DNA of 64,000 bases from Podarcis muralis (GCF_964188315.1 NC_135655.1:80538001-80602000); one strand, 5' to 3'; shown: positions 51,053-64,000, numbered from the stretch's first letter. Made by a program: numbers and translations. Notes: generated by a model from the letters alone, not told the origin.

Positions 51053-52139
51053 GGATCTCACCAGTTGATGTAGGGAAGAGGAAGAGTAATGCTGTCATTC
51101 CCCTCAATGGTATTATATAGAGCACACCTGTGATTTGGAGGGATGGATTTATTAAAACGACATACAAAATGGAAGATGTTATTTCCCCCCTTGTTTTACA
51201 ATAGCAAAAGAAGATAGACTTTTCTTTTTCCATCTGGCAATGTGAAACTCAGCACAAATCAAGCACTGCTAAAGTTATCCTGTAAAAGAAGGGTAGGCAC
51301 TTTCTGCCTCAAATATTGTGGAACCAGAAGCTTTGGTGGTATGATACAGTGAATAGCTGGGGAAATTGAGGTGAATTGAGAGGACATTTTGATGGCAATG
51401 AATCTGAGGAGTAATTTTGGTTTCTGGGCCATGTCACAATTTAATGGCAGTAGCTCTCCACTGTCCTCCAGGGAGGGGAAAGCCAGGATTTATGAGGTAA
51501 AACTCCTGACAATGTTCCCCAGTGGGGTCTGGGGAGTTCATTGTATCCTACTGTGCCGCTTAAGCCCGTGTCCACCAACTGGAAAGGCAGAATGGGTGAG
51601 ACCTGGGAGTGTGTCCCTGCCATGGAGGAGCCTCCATCTCTGGCATGATTTGTAATCGGTTTCTCATTAATTTGGAACATTGGTGTTAATCAAGAGGTGC
51701 TCCTGGACCAACATATACTAATGGGCTGCAATGAATGAATGATTTATGCTCAATGAGGAATTTAACAAGGTTTTATTATGCCCTCCCCACTCGATTGAGG
51801 TGGAATGGACTTTATTTAAAATTATCTCTGGACTGGACCAGGAGTGTGAGGGAACAATGCTGATTTACAAGAATGAATGGCTGCTGCATAGATCTGGCAA
51901 GAGGCTGTATTTGAGAATTTTTTTAAATCTTTAGCTGTGTGTCAAGGAAGAACTCCAGGGTGGAATTTTAATGGCAGAGATTGGACATGTACTCTGTGAG
52001 TTATTTATAGCCACAGCCTGTACGCAAGATGGAATGTGACCTTGAAAACACTGCAAAGGACTGAAGAAAGGAAGATAGTAATTAACCCTCCCAGCACACC
52101 GGGTCTGAGACAATAATGTTTATGAAGGAGTACACACCT

Positions 52140-53640
52140 GAAATGGATTTTATATTTATAAGAAGTAACAGAGACTATCAAGGCATATTAAATGGAATGG
52201 GATAGGTCTATAAGAAGAAGTGATACAAAAGTAGGGAAGCTATCCAAGGCTCTTTTTCAGATGACAGAAAATTTAAGTTTAGTTGATATACAAAGAGAAA
52301 AACACCCACTGGATAGACAATTCACATCTTTTTCATCCATGAATAATTCGGTGAGCCGAAGTGATTCTGTGTGGACATCTAGAAATTTGTACATTATGGT
52401 AAAGAAGGTAGAAATTCTACCCAGGATACTTTCAGATCACAACTCTATTATTATGGAATTAAGAACTGGGCAAAATTCCCCACTGAGATGGAGATTAAAT
52501 GAGAATTTATTAAACGATCAAGAAATATTAGAAAGGGGTGGGGGAATATTAAAATATTATTCTGAAATCAATTTGAATCAAGAGACAAATTTGAAAGTGG
52601 TATGGAATGCAAGCAAAACAGTGTGTGTGTGTGTGGGGGGGTGTTATCCAGCAAAGTGCATACCAAAAAAGAAAAGAGAGTTGGAAAAGCAATAAATTCT
52701 ACAACAAAGAAAACGGAAAGAAAAATAATTGATCAATTCTCCTAGAAAATAGATAGTTAAATAGGGTATTAAATTATTGCAAACACTTAAGGACGAAGAG
52801 GTGAAGGAAGTGATGGTGAAGTGGGCACATGATGTTGGATATCCAACTGAAATGGAAAAATGGGGAAAACTATGGGGGAAAGACTTAAAATTCATTGTGT
52901 GCTATCTGATAAAATAAAACTTTATGGAAAGGACTTACAGATGGTACCTGACCCCATCCAAATTAGCCAAAATAAAAAAGAACAGCAACAAGAGATGTAA
53001 ACAATATGAAGGAACCTTATTCCACATGTGATGGACATGTCCCCAAATCAATTTTTTGGGGGACGTGATCTATGAGGAACTAAACAGAATGCTAAAACAC
53101 ACATTTTTAAAGAAACCTGAAGCTTTCCTATCAGGCATTCTAATGATAAGCATCCCAAATGAAAATAAAATAGTGTTTCTTTACGCGACAACAACGGCTA
53201 GAATGATAATAGCAAAATACTGGAAAAGTGAGTTAATACCAACAATAGACGAGTGGCAATTAAAGTTGTGTGAGTACCTCGAACTAGCCAAAATGACAGA
53301 ACTAATAAGAGATTAGGAATGGGTTTGCTTTAAAAAATACCTGACAAAATATGGTTCCAAAAATAATACTTGGTTGTCCTTAGATTAATTTCACAGATAT
53401 AATTGAAAAAAACTGATCTTAATAAGTGAATATAGAATATCTGTCACTTAAGAGAAGTGTCAAAACTGCAAAGAGATAGAGGGAAGTCAACTAATATAGC
53501 AGGGATTCAAACTAATCTACTGGAACAGAAAGAAGGAAAGAAAAGAAGGATTACAAATGTAATTTCTTTCTGAGAACCTGGCGTATAGAATATTCAAAAT
53601 GCTGTTTGTATCCTTTGATCAATTTTGTGTTCTTGATTAA
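52140..53640 (+). mobile_element. L1 LINE, internally deleted (endonuclease end fused to distal ORF2)
   Basis: 52192..52695 is the APE-endonuclease C-terminus (SRSD..W, SDHNSI, WRLNENLL). By about 52780 the frame reads distal ORF2 (KDEEVKEVMVKWAHD..., YATTTARMIIAKYWK). No reverse-transcriptase core is present. Confidence 0.75.
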
Positions 53641-53699
53641 TTCTTTTTCATTTTTTATTAATTATTATTTTGCCCGTTGTCACCTTTGTTGTTTATAAT

Positions 53700-55868
53700 A
53701 GTTTTAGAAGTATTGGCACAAAGAATAAGATGTAATCAAGATATTAAAGGCAGAGTGGGACAAAGACAATATAAACTGAAAGCATTTGCAGAGGACGTGG
53801 CAATATCTGTAGAAGAACCAATAGAGTAAATCTCAAAAGTATTACGAAAGATAACAAATTTTTGAGACATAGCAGGTCTTAAGATTAATAAAGATAAACC
53901 AAACTCTTGGTAAAAAATATGAATGATGAGAATAAAAACAAATTACAAGATGTATCTGGCTTAAAGATTGAAAGAAAGGTTAAGTATTTAGGTGTATGGG
54001 TAACAGTAAATAATATAAAATTGTATAAAGATAATTATTTTAAAACTTGGGAAGATATTAAAAGAAATTTGCAAATTTGGAATAGAATGAATCTTTCACT
54101 ATTAGATAGAGTGTCGACTATAAAGATGAATGTATTACCAAGAATGTTATATCTGTTTCAATCGATTCCAAGTGATTGGCAAGACAGATTGTTTCAACAC
54201 ATGGCAAAAATTTCTAAATATATTTGGCAAGGGGGAAAAACCGAGAATAAAATATAAAATATGATAGATGCAAAAGAAAGAGGAGGCTTTACCCTGCCGG
54301 ATATGTCTTTGTTGGTTGAAGGAATGGATGACATTCGAGAATTCACATATTCTAAATTTAGAAGGTCATGGGAATGTTTTGGTTGGCATGCTTATTTATG
54401 GTATGAAAAGGTGAAAGTACATAAAGGATTTACAAATCATATAATTAGAAAAAAATTGTATAGTGTATGGGATAAATATAAGAATTTATTAGAGGTAAAA
54501 GCACCACTGACCCTCACCGTTGGAAGCTACAGCGGTAAAGAAAAAGAATATGATAGAAGGATGGACAGCATAGAAATTTATTAAAACAAGAGGGAGGAGA
54601 GTACAAATTAAAAGAATTTAAGGACTTATCAGGAGAATTAACAACATGGATACAATATCACCATTTAAATGAAGTATTTAAGAAAGGTAGGATATGAGGG
54701 CTTGGGGAACAAATATCACAACTGAGAGACCTGTTGGAATGTAATGTAAAAGTGCTGTCTAATATGTATAAAATATTATTGGAATGGGAGACAAAGGATG
54801 AGTAAGTAAAATCCTCAATGATACACTGGGCAATGGATATTGGTCATAATATAGACATGGAAGCAAGGGAACGGTTGGGAAATATGGATATAAAATTTAC
54901 AGCATGTTATGGTCTAAGGGAAAATTACAGTGGTGCAGACGCTTCAGGTTACATATGCTTCAGGTTACACACTCCCCTAACCCAGAAATATTACCTCGGG
55001 TTAAGAACTTTGCTTCAGGATGGGAACAGAAATCATGCTCTGGCAGTGCGGTGGCAGTGGGAGGCCCCATTAGCTAAAATGGTACCTCAGGTTAAGAACA
55101 GTTTCAGGTTAAGAACGGACTTCCAGAACGAATTAAGTGCTTAACCCAAGGTACCATTGTATATGAAAATGCTATATCAATGGTATCTTAACACCGAGTA
55201 AATTGGCAAAAATGTATAAATCTATACCAAATAAGTGTTGGAAATGTAAAAATAAAGAAGGTTATTTTTATTATATGTCTTGTAGTAAGGTTAAAGCTTA
55301 CTGGGAAATGATATATAATGAAATTAAAAGGATATTTAAAACATCCTTTGTAAAAACAAACAAACAAACAAACAAACACCCAGAAGATTTTCTTTTGGGA
55401 ATTATAGGGACAGAACTACCTAAACTGCATAGAAACTTATTCTTATACATATTACTTTCCCCAAAATAGCAAGACGCAGAAGTCCCAGCAAAGGAAAAAT
55501 GGGTACAAAAACTTATGGAATATGCAGAAATGGCGAAACTTATTGGAAGAATAAGAAATCAAGATAACATTTTTTTTTAAAAAAAGAATGGAAATGGTTT
55601 ATTGAATATTTTCAGATAAATTATAAACAGATAAAAACATTGGCAGGATTTTTGTAATAACCTGCAGAGTATGTATTTGAAGAAGATGAATAAATGAGCA
55701 AATTAAGTTAATTCGGATATGCGGAAGATATTAAAAAACAAATGTAAGAAAATGCAAAAAGAGGGGGAAAGGAGTCAAGTTTTGAAATGTCAAAATGATT
55801 GTAAAACCAATGAAATGTATAAAATTAGTGAAATATATAAACTTGAAAAGTATAAATAAATAAACAAA

Positions 55869-55870
<2 letters not shown>
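53700..55870 (+). mobile_element. L1 LINE 3' part (degraded reverse transcriptase to C-terminus) ending in (CA)n
   Basis: KAFAEDV, KYLGV, IKMNVLPRMLYLFQ, CWKCKNKEGYFYYM in successive broken frames. Confidence 0.85.
54928..55160 (+). mobile_element. Tigger-like MITE nested in L1 ORF2
   Basis: CAGTGG...CCATTG termini with a TA duplication. Removing it restores L1 ...LRENY|MKMLYQWYLTP. Confidence 0.85.
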
Positions 55871-55909
<39 letters not shown>

Positions 55910-58211
55910 CCATTAAACAGCTCTATATTAAACAGCTCTTGTACAAATTGTACAAACATGTCATTTGAACCAATGAAAACACTTAGTGATTTTACAGCTG
56001 CTTCAAGTTTTAACTGCATTGGATTAAGTTGGAAATAAGGTTGTTTGAATGACAAACCTTGCTTCTTAACTATGAAAATATGACAAGATAATTAAATTCT
56101 ATGTGATGGCTTTTTCTAAAGCTCAGCCTGCAGTGCTCTTGATAGTTTCTACAGGGACAGTTTGTATGTGGCAAAGATATTTGATCACTAATTGTGGTAT
56201 TCTCTTTATCTAAGGATTTGCAGTTCTGTATATAAGAATCAAATACTTAAGATCATTTGCTGTTTCAAAAGGAGACCTAGTCCGAGCAACAGCAAGAAAA
56301 ACCCAGCAAATTCTTGCAGCTTTTTTTTGCAGGGACAAAAATGTGAATCAAAATATTTTGGTCTTCCATGGGGCAGACTGGATTCCTTTTTTGGTTTTCA
56401 GTTATTTCTGTAAACTTATATGCTTTATTATAACTATAGCCAGAACTCATGAAGGATTATGGTTATGATGAAAGTCATATCTTTTTAGTTCTTGGAAAAA
56501 GTACCCTTGAGAAGAGATACTGTTTTGCTGCTGATCAGTTGGGCTTCTGATAAGAGAACAGGAAAAGAGTGTGCAGGCACTGGGGATGGGGACGACGACG
56601 ACGACGTACCTCTCAGTTTCTCATCTTTCTAATTTTAAGCTCAGTCCTCCACATTCTTATGTTACTTTCACCAGTATACACATTCTTATGCACACTTTGG
56701 CATATGCTTTTGTGTATACATTTCCTGAATGCACATGGGAATGTGGTGCAAGAAAAGTGGTCTGCTGTCCAGCTGGGAAGTTTAAGCTGAGCAAAGAGTA
56801 GCATGGAAACCGCCTATGGGGACATCACTATGGTCTACACCAGGAAGAAGCAGACTTACCTGTATGAAGCTCGGTGGGTTTTCCTGGTGCCTGCAAAAGG
56901 TGGCTTATATTGAAATGTTCCCCTTGCTCCAGCCAAGCTAAAGTGACCACAATTCTTCCCCAAGAGTCTCCCCAAGTCAGGATAACTCAATAAGCTCCCT
57001 ATAGAAACAATTAGAATGTTTGCTTCTTCTTGATGATTTGATATGGGAATAAGGACGCAAAACTATTTTCTCTCTCTCTTGCTCACTAGAGGATTTCCAC
57101 CAAAAGGGAAGAAAACACCACAAACATAACAAACAACTTGGTTTGTGAGTTCTCCATGTCAGGTTGCCATATTTGAAAAAGTGAAAATCCAGGCACTTTT
57201 ACAGATGGCCGAATCCCAGCTATGTCTGGGAAATTCCAGCCGCATAGCATCTTTCCTCCTCCTCTTCCCTCTTTCTTCTCTTTGTCTAGTACTGAGGTCA
57301 CCAACGCGGCTTCCAGAGATGTACATGTACCCACAGATGCCTTCACGGGTGCCCACAGGGGCCTCTCCCCTCTTAGAAAGCAGACTTGAAAGGATTCTAT
57401 TGCAGCCAATGTAACAGGTTGTGTTGTTTGCTTGGTAAGCGTGTGAGACACTTCCCCCAATTTGCAAAAGTGTCCACAGGCCCCAAAAGACTGGACTCCT
57501 CTGGCCTGGTGGACAGTCTTTTGGAGGACAGGGTTTGCTTTTATGCCACTGTTTTGATCTTTTTAGGTGGTATTTTTGTTTTAACGGTATTATATTGTCC
57601 ACAGCTTAGATATTTTTAAAATATTAAGTGTCTGATAACTGCTTTGAAATAAATAAACTATACAGAGAGGGAAGAATTGTTTATCTGTTTAATCACAACC
57701 GGTCCAATAGCTTTGCTCCTATGAATTCTGAAGCACTAGTTTTATAACAGTAAGCTTAAAGGTGAAAGCAAGTGAATGGAACGTAGGGTTGCCATATGTC
57801 TTCCTTTTTTCCAGACACGTCCTCTTTTTCAGGATTAAAATTTCTATCCAGGCAGATTTTTTAAATGTGGCAAAACTTTTGGGGTTTTTTGTTTACAGTA
57901 ACCCAAGAAAAGTTTTCTAGTGCATTAGACTCAGATCTAAGGCACCTGGCCAAACTAGTCTGCAGCAGAGAATTGCAACAGAGCAGCATCTTAAACTAGC
58001 TACATACTGTATAAATCCCTTCTCTTGTGACTGAACTAAAAGGATGCTGTCCCAGCTGCAAGATCCTGGAGAAGGAGTCTGGGAGGGTTAACAACACCCT
58101 GCCCATAAGGAGAGCCCATATGTACATGTTAAACAGTTTAATACATTGTTCTGTGCACACTTACGTTCACAGAGATGTGAACATGAGCCCAAATACTTTC
58201 ATTTGGCAAAT
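55910..58211. repeat. Segmental duplicate of 45230-46541 plus 48584-48812 (upstream region of the OR unit)
   Basis: Long identical stretches, e.g. agagtctccccaagtcaggataactcaataagctccctatagaaac... occurs near 46120 and 56960. Confidence 0.9.
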
Positions 58212-59089
58212 GTACTCATCAAAAGGCAGCAAAACCATTCCACCATTTTATTGAAAAAGCTGCATGGATAAACATTTTGTATGGGCACATAAGAACATAA
58301 GAGGCGGCTGCTGGATCAGGCCAATGGTTCACCTAGTGTAGCATCCTCTTCTCGCCTGTGGAAAGCCTGCAAGCGAAACAGTATGGCTGACCCCCTATTA
58401 TGGTATTGTGTTCAGCCATTCATATATCTGCACATATTTGCATACGAATAAAACAATAGTTCTTGAAAGAGAAAAAAAATCATTCTTCACTTTTAGTTGA
58501 CGCAAAAAACAAGCAACAGTTTAGGGCATGTATTCTATACAATGTAGCAGAAGGAGGGAGATCTCTTTAACATGGTATCTGTTATGTTGAGGGTTGCCAG
58601 GAGTCATGGGAAAGGTAGGTTCCTTAATCCCCTGGATACTTCTATATGGTGTGGAGGGCTCCACAGGTAAAACGCCCTTTGTTAGGTCCTAGATACATGG
58701 CAGCACCATAAGAACTACATTCTCCATTGTTGCTAGTTGTGCAGTGTCTAGTGACTAATGGTGGCTGAAGTTCCTTTGGCGCTCTCCGTGCTGCTGCCCA
58801 TTAGCTTTGATGAGCAGGAAAGAAAGGGACAGTGGAGACCATTCAAGAGAACCTGAAGAGAGATCCATGTCAAGACAGAGTGGTCTTAACTTGAGACTAA
58901 ATCTAAGGAGAGCTCATCAGTGGAGCTGCTTCCATTGCATCCTCATCAAGTCGCCTGGCAGAGCTTTTTCGGGTTGTACGGGGCCTTTTACAGGCTGGGA
59001 GAACCAACGGTAGTTCGCTGTGACTTGTTTGCAAGGCATTTTGAGGATAAAATTGCTTGCATCCACTAAGACCATGAATCTGCTGTTAT

Positions 59090-60480
59090 AGCAGATGAAT
59101 CTCATGGGGTGTCCAGAGCATAGTCTAGTCCTCTTGTGTTGGATGAGTTTCAGTTGGTAAGGCTCGAGGATGTGGACAAGGTGCTTGGATTGGTCAGGGC
59201 AACCACTTGTGCTCCAGACCTTTGCTCCTCTTGGCTGATAAAAACCAGAAGGGAAGGAACAGTTGGCAGGGCCAGGGAGGTGATCAGTCCCTCTTTATGA
59301 GAGGGGGTAGTCCCTGTCTGTTTGAAGGAGGCAGTGGTAAAACCAATCCTTAAGAAGCCTTCCCTGGATTTGGAAAACCTAACTAACTTGCGACCAGTTG
59401 CTAATCTCCCTTTCCTGAGCAAAGTTTTGGAGCGAGTGGTTGCAGACCAGATCCAGGTGCTTTTGGAAGAAACTGATTTTCTGGATCCATTTCAATCAGG
59501 GTTTAGGCCCAGTTTTGGCACAGAAACTGCTTTGGTCACCCTGTATGATGACGTCTGTTGAGAGAGACAAGGAAAACATGTCCCTGTTTATTCTCCTCGG
59601 CCTCTCAGTGGCTTTTGATACCATTGACCATGGTATCCTTCTAGAGTGGCTGTCCAAACTAGGGGTGGGTGGCACTGCTTTGTGGTGGTTCCAGCCCTAC
59701 ATGGATGGTCATTCCCAGAGGGTGTTGCTTGGGGAAAGCTTTTCAGCCCCATGGAACCTTCAGTGTGGGATTCTGCAGTGTTCAATCCTATCCCCAACGT
59801 TGTTTAATATCTACATGAAACCGCTGGATGGGGATTATGTTGTCAGCAGTATGGTGATAACACTCAGCTCTATTTCTCCTTTACATCTGCAGGTGAGGCA
59901 GTGGAAGTGCTGGACCAGTGACTTGCCTTGATAATGGACTGGATGAGAGCCAACAAACTGAAACTCAATCCAGATAAGACTGAGGGACTGTTAGTGGGTG
60001 GTTCCCTAGACCAGATGGGTGGGAGATTGCCTGCTCTTGATGGGGTTATATTGATGGGGTTACACGACCTATAACGCCTTAAACAGCTCAGGACTGCAAT
60101 ACCTCAAAGACCGCCTCTTTCCATATGAACCTACCAGGACCCTGAGATCATCTTCTGAGGTCCTCCTCCATGTACCGCCTCCTCGAGAGGTTCGGAGGGT
60201 GGCAACAGGAGAATGGGTCTTCTCTGCAGTGGCTCCCTGTCTGTGGAATGCTCTCCCCAGAGAAGTTCACCTGCCGCCTTCATTACACACCTTTAGGCGT
60301 CAGGCAAAAACGTTCTTTTTTAACCAGGCCTTTGGTTGACCTGATTGACATCTTATGCCCTTTTAAAATGTGTGTGGGGGGGTGGGGGGTTATTGGGTGG
60401 TTGTTTTAATTTTGATTATGGATTTTGTGGTTTTATATTTTGATTTTATTCTGTAAACCGCCCCAAGACCTGAAGGTATA
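59090..60480 (+). mobile_element. L2-clade LINE, degraded reverse transcriptase and 3' end
   Basis: KEAVVKPILKKPSLD...RPVANLPFLSKVLERVV...DPFQSGFRP..GTETAL and AFDTIDH in broken frames. Confidence 0.85.
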
Positions 60481-61278
60481 AAGCGATATATAAATTCAAT
60501 AATCATAATAATCATAATAATAATCAGGTGTGCAACCCCCACCCCAACATCTGTGGTAATTCCATACCCTAACATTTTAGACTATTAATCAAATTGGGTA
60601 ATCTACTAAAAATTGCAGCGGCAGCACATAGCCTGGGTGGATAGATATATTTATGGTGGGGGGGGGGGAGGGAGTTAATACATCAATAATATTTCACTTC
60701 CTGGCTTCTTGGAAGTGATATTTTTGATCACTTTTCTCTTGGGTTCTTTAGCAAGCCTCTTCCTTGGAAGAAAGTGCAGCACTGGTGGCTGGAGGAGCAG
60801 GGTTGCCTTCAGCAGGATTCATACCACCTTGATAGATGGTGTACTGCATGAAAGTTATGGCCTGAAACACACACAAACATACATGGTTATGATGGTGTCC
60901 TTTTTCCCATGTCACCATGATCTAAACAATTGCTCTAAATTCTTAAATCCCTCTGTAGCTGAACTCTACCAGTGCAAATGATACCACACTGATAAGGAAC
61001 AGGGTCATTCAAGCCTTTTGCAGCCATATCAAATGCTATTGCTGTACATGGGGGGGGGGTGCATGAATAAGGAACAGAAGACTTCCTAGGCTCCATCAGA
61101 CTCGTGGTCCAGAACCATTGTCCTCTACTGTAGAGGTGCAGCAGGTGATTCCAAGAGAGATGCAAAGGATCCTGTGGGAGCCTGAAGGCGTTTCTAAAAC
61201 CCACAAATCAATATCTCCTCCATACCATATTTTCAATATGATCTGCTTAATTTCTGAGCAAGGCTTTCCAATGCTTAC

Positions 61279-62586
61279 CCTCTCACTGTTACAGCAGACG
61301 GCCAGGCACCCAAAATGTGTTGTGGAAACTGCAATGCAGAACTCCAGGGAGGTGAACAAGAAGAGGAGGATTCCGAGACCAGTACCTATTTGGTAGCTTA
61401 GCTGCAAAGCAGAGGAGAAGGTGACATGACAACACGGACACAGCTCTGGGTACTAGAAAATCATCTCAGTGGTTTCAAGGCAGCTCATAAGAAAAATTCT
61501 GACCTGACAACACCAGTGAAAAATTCACGTGGAGAAGAGCTGGAGGCAGTGGTGACGACTATTTAGAATCGTTTGGGCAAGAGGTCATACTGACATACAT
61601 CTGCCTCTTTGAATATAACACAGTAAGAAACAGGGCTGTGCAGCTGGGACCTTCTTAGTATGTTTGGATTTTGCAGCCTCACAAAGCAAATCTCCAGGCA
61701 TACAGTGAATAGGATTTAGAAGGCCCCGATACGTGTGGTGCACACATAAGGCTAAAAACCTCATTTGTGCCTTGCCACCTGCATGAAGGCTGCTAATAGA
61801 GGATAGAACACAGAAGAACTATCCAGTGTACATTCTGATTGATATATTATCATGTTGCATGGCAGGTGAATCAGAAAAAAGTCTACTTAAGCTACACATA
61901 TTAGTTTTGCTATTGACCCTTCTGTATCGTTGACTTTTGCCTCACACTTTCTTTTCAAAAGAAGCAGCTAAAGAGAATATCTTTAGCGCTGCTCTGGTTC
62001 ACCAGAAGCGGCTTAGTCATGCTGGCCACATGACCCGGAAGCTGTACGCCGGCTCCCTCAGCCAATAAAGCGAGATGAGCGCCGCAACCCCAGAGTCGGT
62101 CATGACTAGACCTAATGGTCAGGGGTCCCTTTACCTTTACCTTTAAAGAGAATATCTGGGAGTTACTGTGTCAAAAAACAAAGACGCTATCAGCACTATA
62201 CATTTAAAGCAGTACCATCCTACTTTAAACCATCACAACTTACCCAAAGAATCCCAGGAAGTTTTTTTAAGGGTGCCGAGAGTTGTTTGTCTTCCCAAAG
62301 AGCTACAATTCCTAGAATTCCCAGAGGCTGGTCTCTTGATGTGGGAACTGCTTGCAGCCCAAGCAAAGCTCAAGGTGGGTCTGGGTTTCTCTCCCTTTCT
62401 AAAGATTTTGCCCACAATGTCAACATTTTTTGGAACTTGTTCACTTACCTCACAAGAATATTTGCCCTGATTAAGATGACCACAATTTTTAAAAGCAGAA
62501 TTTAGGGACAACTCCGTCAAATAGAGCACGATGCCAACTAATGCCATTATAGAACTTGTGATGTTCATTCCCACACTGCATTTCAC
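61279..62586 (-). CDS. MS4A family protein, gene 2, TM3 and TM4 exons (5' exons not found, probably beyond the window end; last exon unresolved)
   Basis: Exon 62586-62449 (VKCSVGMNITSSIMALVGIVLYLTELSLN..C..C) and exon 61401-61279 (GTGLGILLFLFTSLEFCIAVSTTHFGCLAVCC). Both are phase 0 and GT-AG. Confidence 0.85.
62003..62143 (+). mobile_element. Sauria SINE 3' half
   Basis: Core gtcatgctggccacatgacc and (ACCTTT)n tail. Confidence 0.8.
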
Positions 62587-63201
62587 CTGAAAGATACAAT
62601 GAATCAGGAGACCCAAAAACAGAGGTCCATCTTCAAAGGCAAATAGTCTAATGAAGAGAGTCATACCCAAACAATGTGAAGCAAGATGCCTGTTTTGCAG
62701 GAGGCCTGAGTTCAAGCTGTAGTGAGGTTTTCATCAGAGGAAATAGAAATCTAAAGACCAATCTGAAGCAGTGTGAAGGATCTGTCAACCACACAAAACT
62801 GTGCAGGCTTCCTATTATTTGTATTTGTACTGAAGTTTGGAATGAACTAGTTCAGTTCAAATGAAGTTCACTGAATTAGTTCAAAAATCTCTAAACTTCA
62901 CCTGAAAGTAGTTCCCATAACTGCTAGGTGAACAGAACATGAACAAAGTTCAAACTGGAGGTGCAAGGGAAGGAAAGAAGCCCCTGGGCACACATGGAGA
63001 GTAATATAACTGAGGACTCAGCTACACTGGCAAAGAAAAAATGCTTTATATGTGTTGTTTATGCATTCTAACACTAGATGGGGCTGTGGAGTCCCGCTTT
63101 TGCCAACCCAATTTCTCATACAAAATTTGCAATGCGTTTAACTGAAACGCTTCTTTGATGTGTCTAGATCCAGTCTGAGTCTATGAAACTGGATTTGATG
63201 T

Positions 63202-63320
63202 GCCTGGATAGCTCAGTTAGTTAGAGATCATGGTGCTGATAACACCAAGGTTGCAGGTTCAATCCCTGTATGGGACAGCTGCACATTCCTACATTGTAGG
63301 AGATTGAACTAGAAGATGCA
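63202..63320 (+). mobile_element. tRNA-derived SINE with CR1-like tail
   Basis: gcctggatagctcagttagttagag (A box)...ggttcaatccc (B box), then cattcctacattgtagg...gaactaga. Confidence 0.75.
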
Positions 63321-63769
63321 TAGTTCGCAGGTATGAGAACTTGCAAAGGGATGTCTGCAAAAGTGTTTGAGAAAACCCTCAAACAGCAGTACTTCAAGGA
63401 CTGAGGTCTCTGTGTGTAGTTAGGCAAGCAAGGAGGGCATGTGTTCTACATAAAAAATTGCCCCTTCGTGCTCCCCTCTACCGTGTAGCCAGCAAGCAAC
63501 GGTTGACATTCTTAGCCCCTGTAAACTCTACCAGGCTTTTATGCCCCCCCCCCAGCAACATAATGACACCCTCCCATGATTACCACCTGATTTACTTTAC
63601 TTCTGCTGGATGCATTTAGGATTTAGAACCCCACTTATCTGGGAGCAAGTCCAGTTGAATTCAGTGGGGCTTACTTCTAAGTAGATGTGGTTAGGTTTGC
63701 ACTACAATTCGCATTCACGGATGGAAAGAGTATGGTGATGCTGCATAAGGGCACTTTTAAAAAGTTGGG

Positions 63770-64000
63770 TAACCAAAAGCAGGAGAGAAGTGACAGAGAA
63801 GCTATGTTTCTGAGCACAATTCAAAGTGTTGGTGCTGACCTTTAAAGCCCTAAACAACCTCGGTCCAGTATATCTGAAGGAGCTTCTCCACCCCCATTGT
63901 TCAGCCCAGACACTGAGGTCCAGCGCCGAGGGCCTTCTGGCGATTCCCTCACTGCAAGAAGCCAAGTTACAGGGAACCAGGCAGAGGGTCTTCTCGGTAG
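63770..64000 (+). mobile_element. L2-type LINE 3' fragment (runs off the window)
   Basis: Homologous to 26690-27065. Confidence 0.7.

Noticed and set aside
60935-61210. Last exon of MS4A gene 2 (options include ...PPPMYSNSI* or APTGSFASLLESPAAPLQ*)
   Set aside because: Several acceptors and frames are possible and a G homopolymer may be miscalled; it cannot be resolved without transcripts.
1-64000. CRISPR arrays, rRNA genes, prokaryotic operons or endogenous viral genes
   Set aside because: None seen; the repeats are microsatellites, SINEs, LINEs, MITEs and one segmental duplication.

Overview
Vertebrate genomic DNA from a squamate reptile (lizard-like, judged by Sauria SINEs, RTE-BovB LINEs and squamate MITE families); it is not microbial. 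All host genes are on the minus strand. From low to high coordinates: ZP1 (exons 1-2 only, the rest lies before the window), a complete 3-coding-exon type-I ACOT/BAAT/ACNAT-family acyltransferase, a complete 4-exon CCDC86, a divergent MS4A gene, two tandem intact OR9G-like olfactory receptors, and the 3' exons of a second MS4A gene. The order ZP1-CCDC86-MS4A matches human 11q12.2, but PTGDR2 is not seen and an ACNAT-like gene occupies that interval. The rest is interspersed repeats: BovB, another RTE, L1, L2, Penelope ends, Sauria and tRNA-derived SINEs, and hAT and Tigger MITEs. The best observations are (1) mosaic divergence of the two ORs, with near-identical ends and a divergent TM3-TM5 core, (2) the old segmental duplication carrying them, with copy-specific insertions, (3) the OR pair sitting between MS4A genes, and (4) the unexpected acyltransferase. 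I found no convincing wholly new system. Exon boundaries were read by hand from GT-AG sites and checked for phase; repeat boundaries are approximate unless a target-site duplication (TSD) is quoted.
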